This document shows positions 20,001 to 28,500 of a stretch of 64,000 nucleotides of DNA, piece after piece. The position numbers were made by a program, and so were the translations under genes. The stretch lies in sequence record NC_031927.1, one strand, 5' to 3'. Positions within the stretch are counted from its first letter, which is position 1. Each line of letters starts with the position of its first letter. The notes under the pieces were generated by a model. It searched no databases and had not been told where the DNA came from. It saw nothing but the letters and a program-made list of their open reading frames with translations.

Positions 20001-20946
20001 TTCCCCATTGAATTCATCATCAATCAACTTGTACATTGATAGTCCACAACTCTTTAGATATGAGCAAGATGTTGATAATAGTGTAGAAGACATATCAAGT
20101 TTGGCTGCTAATATTTACGGTCAATCTGATTTGTTTACCAATACCTCAGACACCTTTGAGGAGGCAGAAATTAAGGCTGTTGTTAACGCAAATGGACAAG
20201 TTTCTGATCTTCAGGTTATCAATCCAGGTAGAGGTTATCCAACTGATACTCAGATAACAATATCATCTCCGGTTGATGGATCTAGGGCATTCCTAACAAA
20301 CAAAATTATTATTGGAGGTACGATAATCTTCGTATCAACTCAGCCCAGTGGAGTTGGTTCTGGATATGATCCAGCAAATCCCCCAATAGTATTGATTGAG
20401 AGACCCGCAATTAAGTATGAGTCTGGTATTAAGTTTAATGGTGATAATGTACGCGGTTATTCTGCAGCCATTACTCGTATTGTGGGAGCACCAAGTCCAA
20501 ACTTTTCTGTTCCGTACTTCCTAAGGTTCTACTTCAACAAGTTAGACGATAGTCAAAATATTAATGATATTTTAGTTGGAGACTACATCGTTACTAGTCA
20601 AACTAATATTGGCTCTGGAGTAAATGCTATAGGGGGCAATCAACTGGATCTTGTGGGCACATCAAATCAGTTCCTAGATTGTGTTTACAAAGTTAGTGGA
20701 ATCGATGCTTCAACATATGAATACATTGACGTAAACGTTACTACAAATGTTTCTGGTATAGATGTATCTGGTGATCTTGGGTATTTCAGCTTTGGTGTTA
20801 TCAGTAATGTATCCAGACCTAACGGCAAAACGTTTGATATTCCAAATCCAGAATATACTAATGATATGGACAACTTCCCAACATTAGTTAGGACTAAAGG
20901 TGGTCTTCGTGATAGGGGTGGACTCGCAAAGAAAGTTGTAACGTAG
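8002..20946 (+). CDS. g7: Giant baseplate wedge initiator (gp7-like), 4314 aa, multi-repeat, with a YHYH-like domain
   Basis: Located between g6 and g8. N-terminal SQLPEF...FLKQFY.SQE and FFQTKGSEESI..LFKVLYG motifs. Repeated H(G/N)x3GDxVxY and GxGY modules. Confidence 0.85.
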   Translation: MIGTGIDVRVKIQDIVSSQLPEFILSEAPLTDDFLKQFYVSQEFQGGAIDFATNLDQYLDLNNLSSDSLYGTFELTQDISSTDTEVFVNTTKSFPGEWGLLKVNDEIMTYTGITTNSFTGVVRGFSGVTSLHAEGAPEEIVFNATEASSHLSGASVTNLSTLFLKEFYKKLSYTFAPGFEDLDVDSELDVGNWIRQVRSFFQTKGSEESIIILFKVLYGEKPTVIDLEDFLIKPSTAEYSRRDYAVAIPVEGNPIDLKGKTIFQVGSPNVFGAVSEIEAFTRDGRLYYRIYFFVSNEEVLNERKLFTIPGRTQCQREWNPGDTTLTVDTTIGFRDNGEFITADGIVFNYEQRSVNQFLGVTCSVPTKKVLITDEIIDNIIVSGMNDLGEEVTLRLTGVISDINFGDDIPFNFQGEKIRVDTLGESILSNIATRDESTVPEIIANSFVYNTSVRFEVESVNGTSFILSAPYLDKSSIDVGDTVDILPRGGQNAYIIGALVTEVDFVNSTVTINNSFGIPVNQSLDIRRNQKYANSSGARIDYGNNAVLSNVLNLYDGREYDSNYYVATNSLPSYEISANIVESSLVSPTQQSFDDFNSFTGEYSTIIFAGDVNFYTGDLVTYSVSEGATSLTETGEYYVQVLSDRRKVKLFVSPSFIGSENSVGLVYTPDSGSHFFTLESQKTREISTKRIFRKIPVSDSLVAIDRTPEETTPGSIAVLTNGVEIVSYKSPNKVYLGPLERLDVGSRGEGYSVISPPKIYIAEPDVQLYEGGTGSVVPTKATSTPVIKGKLEEILIDPQDFDIKEVFSITVRGGNSRGASAVPIIDKKNRELPFDSRVTTLGGGVNPDDNSILFQSNHNLTEGTALVYNNKGADSIGITLSDNTDFSTGATLSNGGVYYAKILNNRTIQLFETLESLNNGGDPVFLSSNLTGYGFQSFDTLRADRLIGATITDDGGDFFYRNMSFNPSNVFDEYDEIRYVSHGFNSGDIVEYGTTGTVISGMSTQNQYYVYKVNDNVLKLSDAGIGATISSNYDRLEFVDFNSSGTGTHNIKYPDITADVVVSFASSATGTIVASPIIRGSIEQVYTDDGGYYGSDIINFEKNPEVYPIGGSLAKLSPSIVNGIVNFVQIINTGKNYSDCPELVVSDSSGAGTGAKLRAVVVDGEIIDVIIISGGIGYNSASTTIEVLETGRDALIIPRIRDLTINLNSRFGFEVLSQNNYRIVSYNRVLREGVYSDVGNFHSPIIGWANDGNPIYGGFGFSDPQDTNSEIRAMETAYELAPNDVYGRPSQTAYPAGFFIEDYKYVDGGDLDEYNGRYCRTPDFPNGVYAYFAGISPDPQSSAREPQFPYFIGPKFRDSAIDSNSTNVDQSFDLNDKPIFRNTFPYYVGSPVAGSEFIDQSYLFDIQDSIVQSTSPGTIDSISIVGDGKDYSVGDVPLFNSDEDFISATISQVTGIGVSEVRENTLSYSKLDTAVIRLDQKTIRIYVSPNHQYNDNDSVIISGLSTITSTISGSRIVNIDNSAMTLYSPVQPIVNDGVTDIFVNSISQNVSVGSSIEIGNPGETELVSVLNIFPINKALRVYRPVGFNTVANIGDLVSPLPNFFDVNVRTPEFESELDYAYNFNPKQSLSIAPSLGESTSRVYSIGSIDYPISVPAASIYAPNHQFKNLEEVVFTKPANGISLDGLDSNNNPVVVPIIGDSQVLYVHNISKDYIGLRFTPSDEDIIFLTDASDLFTYSIKTNRFVETANLDRIRAEVTTIKPHQLKNNDTVTISVSALNSSGIGTASDVYIQFDEISQSLIVDPKFATSADISTELNLVFIEDHGYILGDYVLYECDGTSISGLTTHSKYFIIPFDTDRFYLAETAIDVKIGSELPIILGSTGSGEHKFSKVNPELNITGNHDILFDVSDPSLLNRELKFFYDQNLTEVFENNGIDPVFVVSGVSSEGTIGATKEIRFSENNPGVIYYGIESGGYISTSDTNAIAYNSIKYVNSVYSTKGTITSEDDNVFSLSLSEKPEVPLYTSTNSLLSYTTSSKNTVGGVGEVRIISSGNNFKTLPEFITIQSETGNNASLRANSSDIGRLSSFRIQNAGWAYSADKTLSPKGIVQPSIKFTNSDFVSSIDVINGGIGYQVNPDVVLIDAITRQTIDNGSLIANTQSSKIVEIEIDVAPSGLSKNPHELYTTNNGNGIPILEIIDIDSTSAEVVFSLQTPIIGYASTPFEIGDQVFIENIFSDSTDSSNLNSSDYGYSFFDVVSVISSNPTIITVKYPESAVDNIYTGIGATNQGAFSSIVNRKNYPEFQVNQTTAVFVIGERLSVIIDGDDRETDLIIEESNTNFFKVSGNYDLLTGDTVRGNVSGIEATVTDIDKSFCRYVVDTVSRTSIGWRDSIGFTNDEFQVTPNNDYYQNLSYSIKSTIGFETLIGPVNRLVHPAGLKNFSDTKIESIGVVGLGTTAITTDPSITIDFIGLTDVSDTPLRVDRINVFDLGYDSNVNNNKTNEIRFNSATPEKRLTNYFEVKTNRVLLIDDISSSFIDSDNLRAQNDFIDFDVITSVYTRGIIQVRNPSTDQVQLSEIISLTYDDNAYTLSKASVYDGNVPHGIFQSTSLTSSDYTLRFIPTEPDTFDMDLKLLTQKFDSNSIGAKELGYVTLGGLARTAPALSSTLVYSAPNNSINAVALQVYVQKASGQPSYYEVYAFVANGEVLSKTYNFTGDPIRESNSPGFDFISILDGGGKIRISVENTDADFLRINTRELEYKATASGENPYRFKKDNIFDGSERGLNLLSEQTVGSTTDSSINVLTLNSELFQTAKLVVYIEGTTIGAIHQVMVANSDGSTYNETYPFITEGDGSGGSGIGTFGATINGSDWNIEFYPDSSFSAQSLTFTTYAEAFYREYDAVNYDPRPLTYQNNEEAYFLEIYNTPLGNRTNKVSFPIQYNGIPVYEKGFDPIAVIDDSSDVISLNNHFFSDSEELYYEFGDTVSTVIPEAIGIVPVIDYLGISTDKMPSKVWAIKIDLNKFRVSATKEDADRGIYIDIVDFGVGNNHKFGMEKKLEKSLYTIDGVIQSPIAQANLVYELDSSTTDNDKLLQLVGISSITAGDILLVDEEYIIIEDVGFAEQASGPISNTGSIPLIEVKRGTLGSLSTSHSAGAEMFLFRGSYNIVGNNLIFTEAPNGSGPQQPNQSNLVIVNSSFQGRVFLQQNYDKIAIFDDISSEFDGTTEQFKLTSGGITTGGVENGSGVLIINDIYQTPTTTNNEGNNYYFTDAEKNIVYSWSDLGDTSQCLVGEIRISDSEDEIGLSNIDLNSIDQEAYFNTLVAGDEYVVNVKYSESQFEYRGNYQASLPGNTTRFVGGSVISGIVTTTDDVVDVTIVPVIPKSDVVFTGIRSPITGLRVESEFDVNQNQIPRGGLIVSLGSTPGLGYAPLVDAILEPEVVGGEIVGVYTGNNIGETTQVRWAVYDNETGELTVSFYGNATTAQEPVSGAVYFKESGRLLVTTPASLSGQSILTGDLVSLDALLFECSSGGAPSQQIFPDRDSVFTIESIVNDNTFSVSVGISTLDHTYIAGGTWQKVLPFEFGRQELNPSFVYLNNLEFECPSGQTAGLTTTLFPTDTNNFPVITRDDGAHLRLQVGISTLVHNYVGGGTIGEITKNSVGSGYNSVVSIGITEAGHTGAAASIRGIPGPGGELQIVIDDPGSGYVDPYIWAPSPNYFNLPIKGISRRDGTTDTGKNLFVTCEVGGATTTAIGKSEYFEVINYEISNLGYGFMEGDVVTVVGLVTDKSLSQPIEEFQLTVLDTFTDNFSYWNYGQQDYIDSISSLQDGIRTRFPLIYNGELLSFEKNPLDEDSDAIDLNSILLIYVNSVLQVPEVAYRFNGGTSFEFTEPPLPADDIDIYFYRGNRDLDSIEVTTITESIRPGDDLQIMKNDVYDLSKTQDIRLVTQIKSSDTVRTNIYSGNRDLDTINPRPVAWDKQKRDIFIYGEPAFKTRDSLESDIRPDASIISPLNSSSINLYIDSPQLFRYEQDVDNSVEDISSLAANIYGQSDLFTNTSDTFEEAEIKAVVNANGQVSDLQVINPGRGYPTDTQITISSPVDGSRAFLTNKIIIGGTIIFVSTQPSGVGSGYDPANPPIVLIERPAIKYESGIKFNGDNVRGYSAAITRIVGAPSPNFSVPYFLRFYFNKLDDSQNINDILVGDYIVTSQTNIGSGVNAIGGNQLDLVGTSNQFLDCVYKVSGIDASTYEYIDVNVTTNVSGIDVSGDLGYFSFGVISNVSRPNGKTFDIPNPEYTNDMDNFPTLVRTKGGLRDRGGLAKKVVT

Positions 20947-20968
20947 AATTTGGTATTATTGAATGGAG

Positions 20969-20976
20969 TATAAATA
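20969..20976 (+). promoter_or_regulatory. Late promoter for g8
   Basis: TATAAATA. Confidence 0.85.
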
Positions 20977-21012
20977 CAACTAAAGGTATTTGTATCACCA
21001 CTAAATTATACC

Positions 21013-22557
21013 ATGGCTGCTTTAATTACTGATGAATTTAGGCTATTTAATGCTGATAACTTCATCGAATCCGTAACTGACCCAGATAATTCATATTATA
21101 TCTTTGTTGGTCTTCCCAATCCCGTTGGTGAGGGCTATGGTCGTTCCGAAGATTGGAACAACGACCCCCTAGCCCCCATCGACAATTTTTCATATATCCG
21201 CAGTTGTTATGACTGGATGATGTATGGTCGCCGTATTACTCCGGGTAATATCCGTAGGGTGATTCGTCGTGTTGATTGGACTAAAGGGACTAGATACGAT
21301 CAGTATAGGGATGATTATAGCGTATATAACGTTTCTCCTAATAGTGGATCTACTAGACTTTATGATACAAATTACTATGTTCTAAATAGTGATTTCCGTG
21401 TTTATGAGTGCTTGAGTAATGGTTCCAGTGGTGATAATCCAAAAGGTAATGGTTCTGAAGATGAGCCAAATTTCGTAGACACAGAGCCATCAGCAGCCGG
21501 TTCTAGTGGAGACGGATATATTTGGAAGTATCTATTTACGGTTTCTCCTGCCGACGTTATTAAGTTTGATAGTACTGAATTTATTACAGTACCTAGCGAT
21601 TGGTTGACTACGGATTCCCCACAGATTGTTTCTATTAGAGAGAGTGGTGATTCTACGATTAATGACGCTCAATTGAAGCAGATTTATATTGATAAGCGTG
21701 GTTCTGGCTATAGTGGTGGTGCTGGGCAAGAACTTCCCATCTTAGGTGATGGTACTGGTGCTAGGGCAGTGGTTGATGTTAATTCAGGTCAGATTACCAA
21801 GGCACTTGTTTCTAAAGGTGGTAAGGGCTATACCTGGGGTCTAGTTGACTTAGGTTCAATTAATACTAGTGCATCTGAAGCAGCTAAGTTAGACGTTATA
21901 GTTCCACCATCAATTGGTCATGGCTTTGATATCTATCAGGAGTTAGGTACTGATAGAGTTCTTGTGTATGCTAGATTTGATGATTCAACACAAGATTTTC
22001 CCATCGATACACAGTTTGCTCAAATTGGTATTTTGAGAAATCCAACTATTAATGACTCTATTACAGTATTTACAGAAAATACATTTACGGCTGCAGATTC
22101 TCTTAAGTTAACTCCATCATATAATGGAACTCTTGATGTTGGTGATGTTATTGAGCAATCAACAGTTGATGGTATTGCTAGAGGCTATGTAATTTCATTC
22201 AATCCCGATACACAAGTTATCAAGTATACTCAGGATAGGTCATTATATTATAATCCACCTGGCAAAACTAATACCGATTATGTTGGAATTTCAACTAATG
22301 GTAACCAAGTTAGCTTTATCTCAAATAGTAATAACATCACAGGTCCAGGATTCTCTGGTGCATTAGACACATCCTTTACTGGATCAACTTTGACTGTTGG
22401 TAATAGAGCAGTTGAATTGGGTGTTGAGTTCACAAAAGGCGTTGCTAGAAGTGAGATAAATAAACCTAGCGGAGAGATTTTATATCTCGACAACCGTCCT
22501 TTGGTGACACGTAACCCACGCCAAAAAGAAGACGTTAAGATCATCTTGGAATTCTAA
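21013..22557 (+). CDS. g8: Baseplate wedge subunit gp8
   Basis: RRVIRRVDW..GTRYDQY, YYVLNSDFRVYECLSN, DGYIWKYLFT and C-terminal SGEILYLDNR...RNPRQKEDVKIILEF. Confidence 0.93.
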   Translation: MAALITDEFRLFNADNFIESVTDPDNSYYIFVGLPNPVGEGYGRSEDWNNDPLAPIDNFSYIRSCYDWMMYGRRITPGNIRRVIRRVDWTKGTRYDQYRDDYSVYNVSPNSGSTRLYDTNYYVLNSDFRVYECLSNGSSGDNPKGNGSEDEPNFVDTEPSAAGSSGDGYIWKYLFTVSPADVIKFDSTEFITVPSDWLTTDSPQIVSIRESGDSTINDAQLKQIYIDKRGSGYSGGAGQELPILGDGTGARAVVDVNSGQITKALVSKGGKGYTWGLVDLGSINTSASEAAKLDVIVPPSIGHGFDIYQELGTDRVLVYARFDDSTQDFPIDTQFAQIGILRNPTINDSITVFTENTFTAADSLKLTPSYNGTLDVGDVIEQSTVDGIARGYVISFNPDTQVIKYTQDRSLYYNPPGKTNTDYVGISTNGNQVSFISNSNNITGPGFSGALDTSFTGSTLTVGNRAVELGVEFTKGVARSEINKPSGEILYLDNRPLVTRNPRQKEDVKIILEF

Positions 22558-22560
22558 ACA

Positions 22561-25500
22561 ATGTCTCAGATCAATCTAGATACCAGCCCATACTTTGACG
22601 ATTTTGATGCTGATAAGGATTATTATAAAGTCCTTTTTAAGCCAGGATTTCCTGTACAGGCACGTGAGTTAACTACTTTACAGTCAATCTTACAAAATCA
22701 AATTAGTACTTTTGGAGAGCACTTCTTCAAAGAAGGTTCTATGGTGATTCCTGGTGGAATTACATACAATCCCCAATATACTGCTGTTATTCTTGAAGCG
22801 CAGCAAGGTGGTATTGACGTATCCTTGTATCTAGATCAACTGGTTGGTAAATCAATTCGAGGTGAAGTAACAGGAGTTCGTGCTAAAGTTATTGGATATG
22901 CTCTTCCCCCACAAGATGCTATAACAAATCCAACTATCTTTGTTACGTATACTGATAGTGGAAATGATGATACTACCGTATTTTTCACAACAAATGAGTC
23001 ATTGCTATTAGATCAAGCAATTGTATATGGAAATACTACAATTACTGCAAATAGTATTTTTGCAACTACTGTTTCTACAGATGCTACTGCGGTTGGTTCC
23101 GCTGCAGAGATTGCTGAGGGTGTATATTTCTTAAGAGGTACGTTTGTACAGGTTTCTAAATCATCTATTGTACTTGAGCCATATGTAAATACTCCATCAT
23201 ATAGAGTTGGTCTTCAGATTACCGAGCAGATTGTTACTGCGGGTCAAGATAATACTTTATATGATAACGCTAAAGGATTTAATAATTTCTCAGCACCTGG
23301 TGCAGATAGATTAAAAATTACTCTCAAGTTAATTAAAAAACCTTTAAATGATTATAATGACTCAAACTTTGTTGAGTTATTGAGAGTTGATTTTGGTGAG
23401 GTTAAAAAGCTAGAAGAAAATAGTAACTATAATATTATTAAGGAGTATATTGCTGGTAGAACTTTTGATGAATCTGGTGATTATGTAATTAATGGCTTCC
23501 AACTAACTGCCGATGACTCATTAAATGATAATATGGGTAATGGCGGTATCTATAATGCCGAGCAGACTACTGAAGGAGGTAGCAAGCCCTCAGAAGATTT
23601 GGCTATTCTAAAAGTGTCTTCTGGTAAGGCATATGTTCGTGGTTTCGACATTAAGAACCCAGGAACTGTTAATATTGATGCACCCAAAGCACGTACAACT
23701 GAAACCCAAACAAGTACTGGCGTTCCATTTGAAATGGGCAGTAAGTATTTTGTAAATAATGTTACTAGCACACCTGTAGTTGGATTAGATATTGCTGATA
23801 ATATCATTCAACTTTATAGTGGTCGTCTAGATGACTCTAAAGAGCCTACAGGGGACTTAATTGGTGAGGCGCGTGTATATAGCTATTCTTTGGAAGATGC
23901 GCCTTATACTTCTCCTGCTACCCCTTGGAACCTGTATCTATATGATTTCCAAATATTTACTAAAATTAACTTAAACCGAGATGTTACCAGTCTGCTGTTA
24001 GCAGGATATAGAGTTCGTGGTCTAAGTTCAGGTGCAACTGGATTTGTTAGGACAGTTTCTAGTGATAGTGCAACTCTAACTGAAGTTAGTGGTGAGTTTA
24101 TTATTGGTGAAAGAATTTCTATTAACGGTTCTAGTATCGAATCTATTTCGATTGCATCATTAACAATCAATAAGCAAAATCAAGTAAAGTCTGTAAAGCA
24201 AAACACAAGTTCATTAGACCCAAATATTGCAGTAGATTTTAGTGCGGATACTAGATTATATGCAAGAGTTGCTAGAAATTTTGCACCTAGCGATACATTT
24301 AGTATTGATACTTCAGGTTTCGTTACTTGTGCCGGAAGATCATTCGACTCATTTAAGGTTGGTGATATTGTTGTTTGGCAAGATTCTACCAATGCCACAT
24401 TAGTTTACAATGAAGTATTGTTTCTACTCCCCAATGATTTGGGTATGAATGTTGGACCTGTTTCTAATGTTGCTGGTGTTGCAGCTGGCACTTTACCAAC
24501 TAGTGATTTGACTGGTGTGAATTTACGTGCAACTGAATCACGTGTTCTTAATACTGAAAATTCAGCTCTATACGTAGAGATGGAGAAGGAAAATATTGCT
24601 AAGGTAAATCTAGATTCTTCACAACTATACTTTACTACACAGATTACTCAACAGGCTACTGTTGGATCTACACTCACTCTTAATAGAACATTGACGGGTG
24701 TAAATGATGCATTATTTACATCATTTGATCAGGAAAGATATTCAATAGTATATAACGATGGCACAACCGAGACTATTGGATCTGAGCAAGTCTCTTTATC
24801 GGCAGATAGTACTGTTATTACATTCACTGGATTATCTAAGATAAATGAGATTGGAATTACTGTAAATGTAACAGCAATCAAACCTTCTATTAAATCAAAA
24901 ACAAAGGTTTTACTTAAGAGCCAATTACTACTAGTTGATAAAATTAGTCCCAATCTACCAGCTGATTTTGGATTAACTTCTAATGAATTCTATGGATTGC
25001 GAGTTGATGATGAGGAAATCTCATTAAACGTTGCTGATGTTGAGTCTATCAGTGCTGTATATGAATCACTTGATGGTGGTGATCCCGTTTTAGATGTATT
25101 AGGTTTTGTTAATGGTCTATCATTAGATGCAAATACTGTTAAAGGTGAATTGATCTTGGGTTCTGTAAGCGGAACCGTTGCTAAGATGGTAGATACTACC
25201 TCACCCTCAAATGTTAGGATTGTATATTTCGGTCAATCCCGTTTTGAGGTTGGGGAGGAAGTTATTTTCTCTGAGTCAAACATAAAGACAAATTTGCAGG
25301 TAGTGCAGCCAGGTAATTATAATGATATTACCTCAAAATATACATTAGATAAGGGTCAAAGAGAGCAGTTCTACGACTTCTCCAGATTGATTAGAAATGG
25401 AAATGCAGCAGCTCCAAATAAAAAGCTATTGATTGTATTCGATCAGTTTGGAGTACCTGCTGATGATAATGGTGATTTCTATACAGCAAACTCATATGTA

Positions 25501-28500
25501 GAGGAAATCTTTGCTACTGGTGTGCCTATGTTGAGGGGCGGTAGATTGCGTGCTTCTGATACATTGGATTTCCGTCCTCGTGTTGCTCCATTCACTGCTA
25601 CAGACGCATCACCATTTGATTATACATCTAGAGATTTTGCTACTTCTGGGTCTACTGTAGTTCTAGTAACTGCTCCAGATGAAAGTATGGTTCTTGGATA
25701 TGACTATTTTGTTGGTAGAAAGGACCGTGTAGTTCTAAACACATTGGGTGAATTGAAGTTGGTTATGGGTGCCCCCGCATTCTTACCCCAACTACCAGAG
25801 AGTGCTGAAGCTGCTTTAGAAATAGCTCGCGTTACATACCCACCATATGTCTATGATGTTGATGATATTACAATCATCACACTAGATAATCGTAGATATA
25901 CGATGCGCGATATTGGTGAATTGGAAGATCGTATTGAGACACTAGAGGAGGTTACTTCACTATCATTACTTGAAAGAGAAACACAGTCATTACAAGTTCT
26001 TGATGCTGATGGTAATGATAGATTTAAGAGTGGTTTCTTTGCGGATGACTTTAGGAATACTGACTTTATCGATTTTGATAATCCAGAGGCTAGAGTTGTT
26101 GTAGGACCTACAGGCACTCTTGAAGTTGGAACACAGTTTGCATCAATCCCAATGCAGCTGCAACCTGAAAGTGGTATTGATATTAATACACTTTCACTAG
26201 ATCAAGATTTCCCTCTAATTGATTCAAATGTTAGAAAGACTGGTGACCTAGTTACTCTAAATTACAATCAAATTGAATGGTTGAATCAGCCACTAGCATC
26301 ACGTGTTGAAAATGTAAACCCATTCAACGTTATTCTATATGATGGTGGGATGACTCTAAATCCCGCTAGTGATGATTTTATTGTAACTAGATCTATCGGT
26401 AACCGCCAAGTCAATGTATTTGGTGAGTCTGATGAGGACTTCAGTAGAACTTTTGTTGAGGGTATTGAGGTTGCTCAATTTATGAGGGAGCGCAATGTTG
26501 CCTTCAATGCGAGGGAGATCAAACCATTAACCAGATTCTATCCATTCTTTGAAGGTTCTGGTGGTATTGACTTTGTGCCCAAGCTCATTGAAATTACAAT
26601 GCAGAATGGTACTTTCCAAGTAGGAGAGGCAGTAATTATTAGTGTAAACAATCAGACAATCTTCAGTGCTCGTGTAGCTGTACAGAATCACAAAACTGGT
26701 CCATTTAATAGTCCAACTACTAGATTTACTACAAATCCATATAATAGGGATGAATTAATTTCTGATGGGTACTCATCATCATCAACAGTATTGAATGTTG
26801 ATATTCAATCACTTTCAAATCTATCTGATGAAAGATACTTTGGTTTGATTGGTCCTGGTTTGAGATTGGTAGGAGATCAAAGTGGTGCTATTGCAGTAAT
26901 CACTGATCAAAGATTGGTTAGTGATGTGTCCGGTGATTTATTTGGATCGATATACTTTAGAGACCCATACACAGATCCAGCTCCGAACTTTAGGTTAAGA
27001 ACTGGTATAAGGACATTTAGATTATCATCTAGCCCTACTAATGAGCTGCCACAGTTGGGTGAAACTATCATTTCATTTGCAGAGGCATCATTTACTTCAG
27101 GTGGTACTATCCAGAATAGGAGAACCGAATCAGTAAATATTCGCGAGCTTCCACCACCACCTCCACCTATTATTATTGACCGTACAGTTACTAATAACTT
27201 TACTACGGTTATTGATAGGACAGTTACTGTTAGACCACAGACAAATATCACTCAGATCACCAATATAACTCAGAGAATCCGAAGAAGACGTAGGGACCCT
27301 CTAGCCCAAACATTTTTTGTTGATGGTACAGGTGCTTTCTTAACTGGTCTAGACATTTATATGAAGACCAAATCTGAAGTAGACAATCTAACAATTCAGA
27401 TTAGGCGGACTGAGTTGGAAATTCCTCTAAGCTCACCTATACAAGATTTTGCGGAGGTTATTCTTACCCCCAATGAGGTTATAGTATCTGATGATGCTAC
27501 ATTACCGACTCCTATTACATTCCCATCTCCTATTTACTTGGAGCCAAATGTAACATATGCAGTTGTTCTTCTAGCACCAACTACCGATGACTATACTGCT
27601 TGGATCGCTAGGATGGGTGAGAATAACATTACCACACCTGAGGGTGCTGCTAGTGGTGCTGCTGTTATTTCTCAGCAGTATTTGGGTGGTTCATTGTTCA
27701 AGTCTCAGAATGGTTCTCTTTGGACACCATCACAGTTTGAAGATTTGAAGTTTACTTTATATAAGGCACAGTTTGTTGATACTGGTACAGTATTCCTAAA
27801 CAACCCATCAATATTTGAAACAACTGATCTCGATAGGAACCCAATTCAAACTCTACCAAGAAAACTAACAGTATTTGTAGAACCAACTACATATGCATTT
27901 GAAACTGGCGAAAAGTTAGCTTCTACTGCATCAGGAGTTAATAATATTGCTCGTGTTGTTGGTGAAGTTGAATTTGTTGGTGCTGGAGTAACATTATCAT
28001 CTGTAACTGAAGGTGGTATTGGATACTTGGATGGATCATATAGTTCAGTTGAGCTAACACCAATCAATACTAATGGAATCAACGTATTAGCTGATGTTAC
28101 TATTACTGGTGGGCAAGTTGGTATAGTATCAATTACATCTTCAGGTAGTGGATATCGGGTTGGAGATACACTGGGAATCACAACTTCCCTAGTTGGAGGT
28201 TCCGGTGGGGATGCAGTAGTCACTGTTGATAGTGTCGGAGATACCGATACTGTATTTTTAACTAATGTTATTGGTGAAAAAATCAACATCACAGACTCAC
28301 TCAACTCATATGATGAAGTTGGTAATGTACTAACTGCTATTGGTACTACTATTAGTGCAGAAAGTGAAGTTACAGATCCTATGAATACTGGATCAGTATT
28401 TGTACTAGATCTAGCAGCACATGGTATGATGGCTGATAACAATATCGTTAGAATCAATGGATGTTTGCCTGATACATTGGGTACTGACCTAGTTGAAGGT

